Source: a candidate division WOR-3 bacterium
GTDB taxonomy: Bacteria > Hydrothermota > Tepidihabitantia > SM23-42 > JAOAFX01
Reading direction: 5' to 3'
DNA length: 30,230 bases
Assembly (NCBI GenBank): GCA_965649095.1
Contig: CBFGJQ010000111.1
Span: 1 to 30,230, forward strand
The position numbers and the translations under genes are program-made. Of the stretch, positions 10,708-18,867 are shown one piece after another. The notes under the pieces were generated by a model, which saw only the letters and a list, made by a program, of their open reading frames with translations, did not search any database and had not been told where the DNA came from. Numbering within the stretch: the first letter of the stretch is position 1; the number at the start of each line of letters is the position of its first letter.

Positions 10708-11891
10708 TCAGACCTCTCCGCGACGGGTTTGACATCAACCGGGAAGAGCGGTTCACAGATAATTCCCTTTAACCTAAGCATCTTTAGATAAGCCATCTCC
10801 GGATAGAATATAATCTTATCCAATTTTTTTGGAATGTCAAGGGTCGTAATACCGATGCAGATACCGCCGAGTTCATAGGCAATCTTTGCGGGAAGATCAA
10901 TCCGCCTTTTCAGTTTAATTGTAAGGTATGGCTTCTGCTGGTGGTCAAATCCAATTTCACACTCTTTAATATCATCGCTATTAAACAATTTACCGGATAT
11001 GGAGAGGGGTTTTTTGGGGTCCTCATTCAAATATACTACCCTTTCCATCCCGGACTCGTTATCCGCAACCGCGTAGCAAGCAAAGTCCCCTGGTGTTAGT
11101 GCCTCTCTGATATCTTCTATCTGATAGTAAGAGGGCATCCTTAGAATTATTGCCCTCTCCCTTTTCTCAATTCTATATTGAAGGTCCAACAAATCTAAAC
11201 GCGTCTTTATCTTTTTAAATGCCTCACTGATGGGGATTGCAGTCGTATCCCAGATTAGTTTATAATCTAAACTTTTTATGGTCGGTGGGGTGATCTTTTT
11301 CTTTTTGTTGATATTGGAGATCCTCACATACCAGTATACCGAGGAATCGGGTAGTCCGGCCCAGATTATTGCTGGTAAGAAATTTTTCTTAGAAATCATT
11401 AAAAACCCAATCATCTCCCGCCATCTCATCGGGTCAAGGAATGGAACATTGGCCTTAAATTGATAAGTGTAGAAATTATCTTTAAGACCAATGTATTCAA
11501 ACTTATCAAATTCAAGCATCCGCTTAATCTGGGCAAATATATCAGACTCCTCGCCCCGCGCAGATTCTTTCCATTCTCTATCTATCTTTGTCCACTCTAA
11601 ATCGTTAATTCCTATATACGCAAAGGTATAACTGCTTTCTGGAGATTCCCAGATACCTCTAATATCTTCGCCATACCCGATAATACATTTGCCTTTTCCA
11701 TTTATATGCACCAATCTCGTCTTTAATTCGTAGATATAGGCAAAAGATTTTTGATGGAAAAAGTTCTCTACCCAGTTTTTGACCTCCTCTTCTGGTCTGG
11801 GAAGGTATTTGGTATATTGAAGACAACTTAAAAAGAGGATATTCACCAATATTAAAACCTTTATTGAGCAGTGGGAATTATGTGACCACAC
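10704..11891 (-). CDS. Putative lipoprotein: N-terminal LppX/LolA-like beta domain plus C-terminal SecD P1-like domain
   Basis: Lipobox ILFLS-C (C23). C-terminal half follows SecD P1 by eye (AFKKIKTRLD, IILRMP, LFNSDDIKECEIGFDHQQKPYLTIKL, PLFPVDVKPVAERS). No TM helices after the signal. Confidence 0.55.
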   Translation of the reverse strand: MWSHNSHCSIKVLILVNILFLSCLQYTKYLPRPEEEVKNWVENFFHQKSFAYIYELKTRLVHINGKGKCIIGYGEDIRGIWESPESSYTFAYIGINDLEWTKIDREWKESARGEESDIFAQIKRMLEFDKFEYIGLKDNFYTYQFKANVPFLDPMRWREMIGFLMISKKNFLPAIIWAGLPDSSVYWYVRISNINKKKKITPPTIKSLDYKLIWDTTAIPISEAFKKIKTRLDLLDLQYRIEKRERAIILRMPSYYQIEDIREALTPGDFACYAVADNESGMERVVYLNEDPKKPLSISGKLFNSDDIKECEIGFDHQQKPYLTIKLKRRIDLPAKIAYELGGICIGITTLDIPKKLDKIIFYPEMAYLKMLRLKGIICEPLFPVDVKPVAERSE

Positions 11892-11896
11892 ATTTT

Positions 11897-11924
11897 ATTA
11901 TAGCCAAAAATGGGAAGACTTCAA
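11897..11924 (-). promoter_or_regulatory. Sigma70 promoter of the left operon (TTGAAG-16-TATAAT), leaderless GTG 5 nt downstream
   Basis: Minus -35 at 11924-11919, -10 at 11902-11897, GTG at 11891. Confidence 0.6.
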
Positions 11925-11938
11925 GAAGAGAGATAAAG

Positions 11939-12067
11939 GAGACGGAAAGGGACTTCAATTGGGCTCAGGGTGAAACCTCGGATGAGGCACGACCCGCCTG
12001 CGAATTGGGACAGAGGGGAAAGGCCTTTTCGGGGAGATACCGAGTCTTGAAACTCTCCCTCCGTCTC
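11939..12067. other. Long imperfect inverted-repeat element (candidate structured RNA or miniature mobile element)
   Basis: GAGACGG(11939-45)/CCGTCTC(12061-67), AGGGA/TCCCT, TTCAA/TTGAA, GGCTC/GAGTC nested arms; GC-rich in an AT-rich intergenic region. Confidence 0.4.
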
Positions 12068-12095
12068 TTGACTTAAGTCTAATTTCGGTTATAAT
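12068..12095 (+). promoter_or_regulatory. Sigma70 promoter (TTGACT-16-TATAAT); SD AAGGGGG at 12106-12112
   Basis: Near-consensus boxes upstream of ATG 12117. Confidence 0.7.
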
Positions 12096-12116
12096 TTATT
12101 ATAAGAAGGGGGCAAT

Positions 12117-15100
12117 ATGAAAAAGTCTTTATTCTCCTTTTTGCTTCTATTTGTGTTTGGTGTGAGCCAGGAAGTAGGGGCAAGGTATTTGATAATCACC
12201 CATGACAATTTTTATGATGCAATCCTACCCTATGCCCAGTGGAAGCATAAGATGGGACTGCGCACAAAGATTGTCCGGGTCCCTTCAGAACTCGCCCAGA
12301 ATTCCACGGCAATCAGGAATTATATTGTGAATGCATATAACAACTGGCTGATAAAGCCGGAATTTATACTATTTGTTGGTGGATACCCTTATATCCCCTG
12401 GTCTTTTAGTAATACCCCTTATGGTGATAATAATTATACAAATATGACTGGAGATGTGCGCAATGAGATTCTCTCGGGAAGGTTAACAGTGAGGGATGTT
12501 AATCAGGCACAGACGGTTGTTGCAAAGATGTTGAAGTATGAAAGAACCCCTGACCTTACTGATTCAACCTGGTTTAATAAGGGTTGTTTGATTGCCAATG
12601 CCTATGGTTCTAATGGCTCTCCGGACGATGATTCTGCCCTCTATCGCCAGGATACCTGGTATGTTGCCGGATTGATGGTGAGCAGTGGCTATGCTAAGGT
12701 TGATACATTCTATGCCCTTAATGGTGACAATGCAGATTCGGTTCGCAATGCTACAAATAATGGAAGGGAATTTGTCCTCTATCGGGGTAGTGCTACAAAT
12801 AACTGGTATCCGCCATTTAATGTAAATCCTGATATCCTTGCCAATGGAAACAAACTGCCCATTGTGATTTCTGCAACTTGTGGAACATTGGGAACTGGTT
12901 CAAGTCCGGCAACCGCCGAGTACTGGTTTTTAACCGGCACCCCAACCACACCAAGGGGCGCGGCAGGCTACTTCGCTACGACAACCACTGGCACCGGACT
13001 TGCTAATTATAGAAGTGCCGTCACCAGGGGTTTCTTTGACGGTGTCTTTTTATATAAGAGGCGAACCTTTGGCCAGGCTTGTGAGGATGGCAGATTGAGG
13101 GTTTATAATATGGGTTCTACCTCAGAATATCAGGGCTTTACCACCGTTGGCGACCCGGCAATGCAAATCTGGACTGCAACGCCAAGGATAATCACCGTCT
13201 TACACGATACTATGCTCTATGCAGGCACTGACGAAACATTAAATGTTACTGTCCAGTATCAAGGCAATCCGGTTGAATCCGCCTATGTCTGTATAGTGCT
13301 TGATACCTTAATTTATCAAACCGGCTGGACGGGTTCTGCAGGCACGATAGCCTTCACATTCTATGCAACCCAACCCGGGAATATGGATATAACTGTGACG
13401 GGCAGAAATCTTTATCCATATGAAGGGACCGCCTCAATCGTGGCGGGGGATGTCTTTCTCAGTTATATCGGGAATATCATCGCGGATTCGCTTGGCAACA
13501 ACAATGACACCATAAACCCCGGGGAGACGATTTTGCTCTGGGCAACAATAAAGAATCTCGGCAGTGTTTCAGCACAAGATGTTAATGCAATCTTAAGAAC
13601 TACCGATACCTTCGTTGTCATCACTGACAGCATTTCCCTTTACGGCAATATCAACCCGGGTGTTAGTTCAAACGGACTGAAACCATTTGTCTTTACGGTC
13701 TCACCAAAGACTAACGCCCACCTTATTCCTTTTCATATTATAATTAAAGACGCAAATGACAGCACCTGGATTGCCAGTTTTTCTCTAATGACTACGGGTG
13801 TAAGTGGTGGTGGCAGTGGGACTGGCCCAGACCCCTATGGCTATTACATATATGATAATACCGATACATTGACGGGCAATGCACCAGTCTATACCTGGTT
13901 TGAAATTGCACAACAAGCTGGGGGGCCGGGGACAATTATCTGGCAGATAACCAATGAAGATGCGGATACGGTAACTTTGCCTTTGCCATTTACATTCAAA
14001 TTCTACGGCATAAATTACAATACAATCGGAATTTGTTCCAATGGCTTTGTAGAGATTGGTGGGGCGACATATCCATACAGTTATAATGACCCGATTCCGA
14101 CTGTGGGCAAGGCAAAGCACTTTGCTGCACCGTACTGGGATGATTTAGACCCAAGTGCTTCCGGGCATGGCGATATATATCGGCATTATGACCAAAACAA
14201 TCATCTCTGGTATGTAGAGTTCTATCAGGTTGCACTTGGCTATGGAAGTGGCGCCTGGCAGACATTCCAGATTGTCCTCCGCGACCCGGCTTATTATCCC
14301 ACTCCCACGGGAGACGGTGAGATTCTTTTCTATTATCACACCGTTTCAAATGCAACAAGCAATACGGTGGGAATAGAGGATCACACTGAGACCCGGGGGT
14401 TGCAATATCTCTTTAACAATAGCTATGACCCCAATGCCGCACCGCTGGCAAATGGCAGGGCGCTTTTGATTACCACTAAACCACCAGCAAGTCAGCACTT
14501 GCCCTGGATAAATCTTTTAAGTTTTACGGTCAATGACGCGGGCGGGAATAATAATGGAATTCCCGAACCAGATGAGACAGTAGAAATTGTATTATATATT
14601 AAAAATAGTGGGGATACATCGGTTACCAATGTTACCGGGAAACTCAGGGAAAGCTCAACGAGTCTATCTCTTGTTGATAGTATTGCCAATTTTGGTAATA
14701 TGAATATTGGAGCCCAGGCGAATAATATTTCAGATCCCTATATTGTGCAGATTGCCCACGACCCGGTTGACACCTTTGTTGGTATGACTGTCTATTTCAC
14801 AGGCAATAATGGCAATTATGAGACCTACGCCTATTTTACGCTCCACATACATGCGGAAACTGGGATTGAGGAATCTGCAAGTTTGCAATCTGCAATCCGA
14901 AATCCGCAATTAGAGGTCCATCCAAATCCATTCCGTGATTACACAGTAATCAAGTATACACTAAGCACTATGCACTATGCACCGGATAATAAACTCCCTA
15001 CTGCCTACTCCATAGTGCCTACTATCCGTATCTACGATGCCACTGGCAGGTTGGTTAGACAATTTAACCATTTAACCAATTACCAATTTAATGAAATTGT

Positions 15101-15209
15101 GTGGTTTGGCGATGATGACATGGGTCGCAAACTTCCGACCGGTCTCTATTTTGTGAGACTCGCAACCGACGAATTCAAGGAAATTCGGAAAGTTATACTC
15201 ATTTGGTGA
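12117..15209 (+). CDS. Secreted C25 family protein without propeptide; Ig modules, NIDO-like domain and T9SS/FlgD-like CTD
   Basis: Signal peptide followed directly by YLIITH; ILFVGG, GRL, YRGSA in place of xxGHG, SATC (C255), GDPAMQIW; GNNNDTINPGET-type modules; GPDPYGYYIYDNTD...APYWDDL; CTD VHPNPF...IYDATGRLV...GLYFV. Confidence 0.85.
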   Translation: MKKSLFSFLLLFVFGVSQEVGARYLIITHDNFYDAILPYAQWKHKMGLRTKIVRVPSELAQNSTAIRNYIVNAYNNWLIKPEFILFVGGYPYIPWSFSNTPYGDNNYTNMTGDVRNEILSGRLTVRDVNQAQTVVAKMLKYERTPDLTDSTWFNKGCLIANAYGSNGSPDDDSALYRQDTWYVAGLMVSSGYAKVDTFYALNGDNADSVRNATNNGREFVLYRGSATNNWYPPFNVNPDILANGNKLPIVISATCGTLGTGSSPATAEYWFLTGTPTTPRGAAGYFATTTTGTGLANYRSAVTRGFFDGVFLYKRRTFGQACEDGRLRVYNMGSTSEYQGFTTVGDPAMQIWTATPRIITVLHDTMLYAGTDETLNVTVQYQGNPVESAYVCIVLDTLIYQTGWTGSAGTIAFTFYATQPGNMDITVTGRNLYPYEGTASIVAGDVFLSYIGNIIADSLGNNNDTINPGETILLWATIKNLGSVSAQDVNAILRTTDTFVVITDSISLYGNINPGVSSNGLKPFVFTVSPKTNAHLIPFHIIIKDANDSTWIASFSLMTTGVSGGGSGTGPDPYGYYIYDNTDTLTGNAPVYTWFEIAQQAGGPGTIIWQITNEDADTVTLPLPFTFKFYGINYNTIGICSNGFVEIGGATYPYSYNDPIPTVGKAKHFAAPYWDDLDPSASGHGDIYRHYDQNNHLWYVEFYQVALGYGSGAWQTFQIVLRDPAYYPTPTGDGEILFYYHTVSNATSNTVGIEDHTETRGLQYLFNNSYDPNAAPLANGRALLITTKPPASQHLPWINLLSFTVNDAGGNNNGIPEPDETVEIVLYIKNSGDTSVTNVTGKLRESSTSLSLVDSIANFGNMNIGAQANNISDPYIVQIAHDPVDTFVGMTVYFTGNNGNYETYAYFTLHIHAETGIEESASLQSAIRNPQLEVHPNPFRDYTVIKYTLSTMHYAPDNKLPTAYSIVPTIRIYDATGRLVRQFNHLTNYQFNEIVWFGDDDMGRKLPTGLYFVRLATDEFKEIRKVILIW
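14884..15090 (+). repeat. In-frame 7-bp tandem repeat tracts in CTD 1
   Basis: TGCAATC-type x4 (14884-14911), GCACTAT-type x4 (14958-14985), GCCTACT-type x4 (14996-15023), TTTAACCA/ATTACCA-type (15063-15090). Confidence 0.85.
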
Positions 15210-15295
15210 AGAGATGGTTCCGGAGGTCTATTATAAGAGGCCCGTCATTTCAGTAAGGGACAGTTTGCCGATTTTAGCAATCAAACATTAGATGC

Positions 15296-15323
15296 TTGAC
15301 CAGTCTTAATTTTTCTGTATACT
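15296..15323 (+). promoter_or_regulatory. Sigma70 promoter of the cap operon (TTGACC-16-TATACT), leaderless GTG 5 nt downstream
   Basis: -35 at 15296-15301, -10 at 15318-15323, in-frame GTG at 15329. The track's TTG start is the -35 box itself. Confidence 0.65.
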
Positions 15324-15328
15324 CAAGT

Positions 15329-16525
15329 GTGAAGGTTGGTTCCGGCATTCTCTTACTATTTATCCTGCTTATAGTAATCATCATTTTTGCGCGCATTGAG
15401 TGGACAAAGCATTTGAAAAATTTAAAGGCGATTAAGATTAGAATTGTTGTAAATGGCACAAGGGGAAAATCAACAGTGACAAGGCTTATCGGGGCCGGGT
15501 TAAAAGCAGGTAATCTCAAGGTCTTCGCAAAGACTACGGGCACAAAGCCGAGGATTGTTATAAATAATAGTATTGAAATCCCGGTGATAAGGCCGGGAAG
15601 GCCGAATATCAAGGAACAGATCAAGGTAATGAAAATGGCAGTTCAGGAGGGGGTAGATGCAGTGGTGCTTGAAAATATGTCAATAAGACCCGACCTCCAG
15701 TGGACCGAAGAGAGTAAAATCATAAAGCCAGATATTGTGGTAATAACGAATGTGCGCGCCGATCACCTTGATGTAATGGGACCAACCCTAAGGGATATTG
15801 CCAAAAATTTTATCAAGGCAGTCCCAAAGGGGGCAAAGGTCTTTACTGCCGAGCAAGAAAATTATTCTTACTTGAGAAGCGTTGCGGAAGAAAGGAGGAT
15901 TGAAATCTTTCGCTGTATTGAAGAAGATATCACGGATGAAGAGATGGAAGGGTTTGGTTATGTAGAACATAAAGAGAATGTTGCCCTTGCCCTTGGCGTT
16001 TGTAAATCTCTTGGTATCCCGAAAGATTTAGCATTGAAGGAGATGTATAAATATATCCCTGACCCGGGCATATTAAGAAAGTGGGTATTGAAGATAGAGG
16101 ATAAAAATATCACCCTCTTTAATGCCCTCGCGGCAAATGACCCGGATTCTACTTATCTAATTTACAAGCGACTGGGCAATTCAGGGGGGCGATTTTATAT
16201 AATTGTAAACTGTCGTGCCGACAGACTTGACCGCTCCGTGCAGATGGCAAGACTGGTTAAGGAAAAGATCCCGGCAAAGCTCTATTTTTTAACCGGTGGT
16301 AATACCAGGGCCTTTTACCGTGAGGCAATGAGACTCAAGATGGAGAAAGGGAGGATTATTGACCTCGGTGGAAAAAGTATTGCATCTGCCTGTGCTACGA
16401 TTATTGACAGAGTAGAAGCTAATGCTACAATTTTAGCAATCGGTAACATCGTGGGTTATGGAGAGCAACTGATTGAATACTTGATTAAAAAAGGCAATCC
16501 AAATCTAAAGGAGTTTCATAGATGA
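15329..16525 (+). CDS. capB: Poly-gamma-glutamate synthase CapB/PgsB (Mur-ligase family)
   Basis: N-terminal TM anchor, VNGTRGKSTVTRLI P-loop, AKTTGT, NIKEQ, ENMSIRP, TNVRADHLDVMG, ANDPDST, NCRADRLDRS. Confidence 0.93.
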   Translation: MKVGSGILLLFILLIVIIIFARIEWTKHLKNLKAIKIRIVVNGTRGKSTVTRLIGAGLKAGNLKVFAKTTGTKPRIVINNSIEIPVIRPGRPNIKEQIKVMKMAVQEGVDAVVLENMSIRPDLQWTEESKIIKPDIVVITNVRADHLDVMGPTLRDIAKNFIKAVPKGAKVFTAEQENYSYLRSVAEERRIEIFRCIEEDITDEEMEGFGYVEHKENVALALGVCKSLGIPKDLALKEMYKYIPDPGILRKWVLKIEDKNITLFNALAANDPDSTYLIYKRLGNSGGRFYIIVNCRADRLDRSVQMARLVKEKIPAKLYFLTGGNTRAFYREAMRLKMEKGRIIDLGGKSIASACATIIDRVEANATILAIGNIVGYGEQLIEYLIKKGNPNLKEFHR

Positions 16526-16971
16526 TTGTTGTGGCAGTTGGTCTGGGGATGGTGTTGAACTTTTTACTCACCGAGACGATTGGACTTGCTGCCGGCGGTG
16601 TCGTCGTCCCGGGATATATTGCCTTGAGCCTTCATAAACCCGATATGGTCTTAAGCACAATTTTAGTTGCCCTGGTGACATTTATTATCGTGAAAGTCCT
16701 TTCCAATTATATCCTCCTCTACGGAAGGAGGATGCTTATCCTCTGTATCATAATCGGTTATTTAATTGGTTATCTCACCCGTCTTTATCCGACTTTATCC
16801 TATGAGACACTGAATTTTGATATCACAACGATAGGATTTGTAGTACCCGGCTTGATTGCCTATTGGATGCATCGTCAGGGAATAATTGAAACGGTCAGCA
16901 CGATGCTTATCGCTGCAGTCTTTGTGCGTTTTACTCTGATAATCATTACCGGGGGTGCACTATCTCAGTAA
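16522..16971 (+). CDS. capC: Poly-gamma-glutamate biosynthesis membrane protein CapC/PgsC
   Basis: 149 aa hydrophobic protein; GGVVVPGYIAL, LYGRR, IGFVVPGLIAYWMHRQG; ATGA overlap with capB. Confidence 0.93.
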   Translation: MIVVAVGLGMVLNFLLTETIGLAAGGVVVPGYIALSLHKPDMVLSTILVALVTFIIVKVLSNYILLYGRRMLILCIIIGYLIGYLTRLYPTLSYETLNFDITTIGFVVPGLIAYWMHRQGIIETVSTMLIAAVFVRFTLIIITGGALSQ

Positions 16972-16973
16972 AA

Positions 16974-18050
16974 TTGCGCAGTGGAAAAGTCCCCAATTAT
17001 ATACTTATTATTGTCGGTCTTATTTCAATCCTTTTTGGTTATATTGGTTTGAGTTACAAAATAAAGTATTACACCCCCCAATACAAAGAGAAGATTGAAA
17101 GTGCCCGCCTGACGAAGATCTTCTTTGAAAAAATAAAAGCGGAAAAAATGAGAAGCGGTATAAGTATTGACCCGATAAATGACCCCAATCAGACCGGTCT
17201 GATCGGTCTTGAGCATTCTCCCATAACCAGTGAGCCAGGGGACTTGAATGCCAAACTGACGACGACCAATCCGAATATTTCCGCAGTTGTCGTAGAACTC
17301 TTTCAGAGGTGCAAATTAAAGGCCGGTAATGTAGTCGCCGTCTCATTCAGCGGTTCATTCCCAGCCTTGAATCTCGCTGTTCTTTCCGCAATTCAGACGC
17401 TCAATTTAAACCCCATTATCTTCACCTCGGTGAGCTCCTCAATGTGGGGGGCAAATGACCCTGATTTTACCTACCTTGATATGGAAAAGTTTTTATATAA
17501 AAATGGTTTATTAAAATTCCGCACTGCTTGTGCCTCAATAGGCGGTATTGATGATATGGGAAGGGGTTTGAGCCCAAAGGGCAGGGAGTTGATTTTAAGG
17601 GCGATGAAGAGAAACGGAATATTGGAATTGAAGTCAAAAAATCTTGAAGAGGCAATTGATTTGAAGTTTAAACTCTATTATGAATTCGCCAAAGCTGAAG
17701 AGATATCCTGTTTTATAAATGTCGGTGGTGGGGCGGCTGCCCTGGCGGGCTTTGAATTACCCACCGGAATTCTTGACCCATTAAAATACTCATCCCACCA
17801 GGGCTTGGTCGGCAGATTCCTTAAGAATGGAGTCAAGGTCATTAATCTCAATGATATCCGCCACCTGGCGCACCGATATGAACTACCCATCGCACCAATT
17901 CCCATCCCCCAGATTGGGGAAGGAAAATTGTATTATGAAAATAGATATTCGGTGCCCCTCGCAACCGTCTTTTTAATAGTCCTTGGCACAATAATCTTTG
18001 TTGTTTTGAGAATTGATATAGACTATTATTTAAGGAGGCATGATGGGTAA
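16974..18050 (+). CDS. Poly-gamma-glutamate system protein (TIGR04332-like), periplasmic domain between two TM helices
   Basis: TGLIGLEHSPIT, GDLNAKLTTTNPN, SGSFPALN, SSSMWGANDP, INVGGG; directly after capC; TTG start. Confidence 0.85.
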   Translation: MRSGKVPNYILIIVGLISILFGYIGLSYKIKYYTPQYKEKIESARLTKIFFEKIKAEKMRSGISIDPINDPNQTGLIGLEHSPITSEPGDLNAKLTTTNPNISAVVVELFQRCKLKAGNVVAVSFSGSFPALNLAVLSAIQTLNLNPIIFTSVSSSMWGANDPDFTYLDMEKFLYKNGLLKFRTACASIGGIDDMGRGLSPKGRELILRAMKRNGILELKSKNLEEAIDLKFKLYYEFAKAEEISCFINVGGGAAALAGFELPTGILDPLKYSSHQGLVGRFLKNGVKVINLNDIRHLAHRYELPIAPIPIPQIGEGKLYYENRYSVPLATVFLIVLGTIIFVVLRIDIDYYLRRHDG

Positions 18051-18867
18051 TCTTTTTCTCTTATCTCTATTATTCGGACAAACTATGAGCATCACTCCCA
18101 GGACTGAGATAAAAATAAAGATTCACACGACCAAAGAAGAGTCCTATCTTATCCTGGCAAAAAATCAACCATTGGAGATAAAGGCTTCGGGACCAACCTG
18201 GTTGAGGGTTTATACACGAATACCCTGGTCGGGAGAGAAGAAGGGCACAAGGATTTATAAGATAATCCTTCAGGAGGACGATATAAAAGAGAAATTTATC
18301 ACCCAGGAGACTGAATACTCATCTATTGCCCGATTTGATAAAATGAGATTGAGCAAGTGGCGTTCCTTTTATATAAATGTTCCGGAAGGGTTACATACCT
18401 ACCGACTTATCTACTGGCGTGCCCCACAGGATACGATTCTTTTGAGAGTTACCTATGAGGCACCAGGAAGGTGGCAGGATATCCCGGCGCTCTCCTATAG
18501 TTCCAAACTTAACCTGGTTGAAGATGAAAAGGTGATAGATTATTATGAGGCAACACCCGAAAGGCCGGTAATCCTTGAAATCAGCGGTCCAAAGAAGATT
18601 AAGATCATATCAAGGCTAAATCTATTAGCGAATGTGCAGGGTGAGCAGGTCTATTCAATCACTGTTAAAGAGAAAGAGAAAAAGATAAAATCGGTAAAAT
18701 TCAACTGCTATCGTTCCGAGACGGTGGAATATAATAATCAGAAGGATATTTTACCTTCAAATCCTCATAATTTTTATATCAATGTTCCCGGTGGGACCCA
18801 TCGCTATGAATTCATACCCGCGGGGAATGCGCGCATCAGCTTAAGATTCCTAACCGAAGTAAAATGA
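18040..18867 (+). CDS. Hypothetical exported protein with two tandem homologous beta-rich domains
   Basis: Signal peptide; SGP..L/I.V/I..R and FYINVPxGxHxY each occur twice, about 135 aa apart (F110 and F245). Start could be 18040 or 18043. Confidence 0.7.
   Translation: MMGNLFLLSLLFGQTMSITPRTEIKIKIHTTKEESYLILAKNQPLEIKASGPTWLRVYTRIPWSGEKKGTRIYKIILQEDDIKEKFITQETEYSSIARFDKMRLSKWRSFYINVPEGLHTYRLIYWRAPQDTILLRVTYEAPGRWQDIPALSYSSKLNLVEDEKVIDYYEATPERPVILEISGPKKIKIISRLNLLANVQGEQVYSITVKEKEKKIKSVKFNCYRSETVEYNNQKDILPSNPHNFYINVPGGTHRYEFIPAGNARISLRFLTEVK

Noticed and set aside
5976-11463. Short ORFs within the C25, GT2 and lipoprotein genes
   Set aside because: Fully nested alternative-frame or antisense ORFs with no recognisable features.
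11861-11864. ATA start giving a shorter signal peptide (MKVLILVNILFLSC)
   Set aside because: No SD there, and the promoter geometry supports the GTG at 11891.
11910-11936. Mini-ORF MGRLQEER
   Set aside because: Eight codons, no SD, overlaps a promoter; expected by chance.
11917-11958. Two GACTTCAA motifs resembling the tRNA-Sec anticodon arm
   Set aside because: No T-arm (GTTCG), acceptor stem or CCA end; one copy is the minus-strand -35 box.
11939-12067. SAM-I, cobalamin, ydaO riboswitch or hammerhead identity for the inverted-repeat element
   Set aside because: Only fragments match; core motifs (GCAACC/GGTGC, ACTG/GGGAAG, CTGATGA) are missing, and it lies upstream of both flanking promoters.
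15296-15328. TTG start for capB given by the ORF track
   Set aside because: The TTG is part of a TTGACC -35 box; the in-frame GTG at 15329 fits the promoter and puts the TM anchor near the N-terminus.
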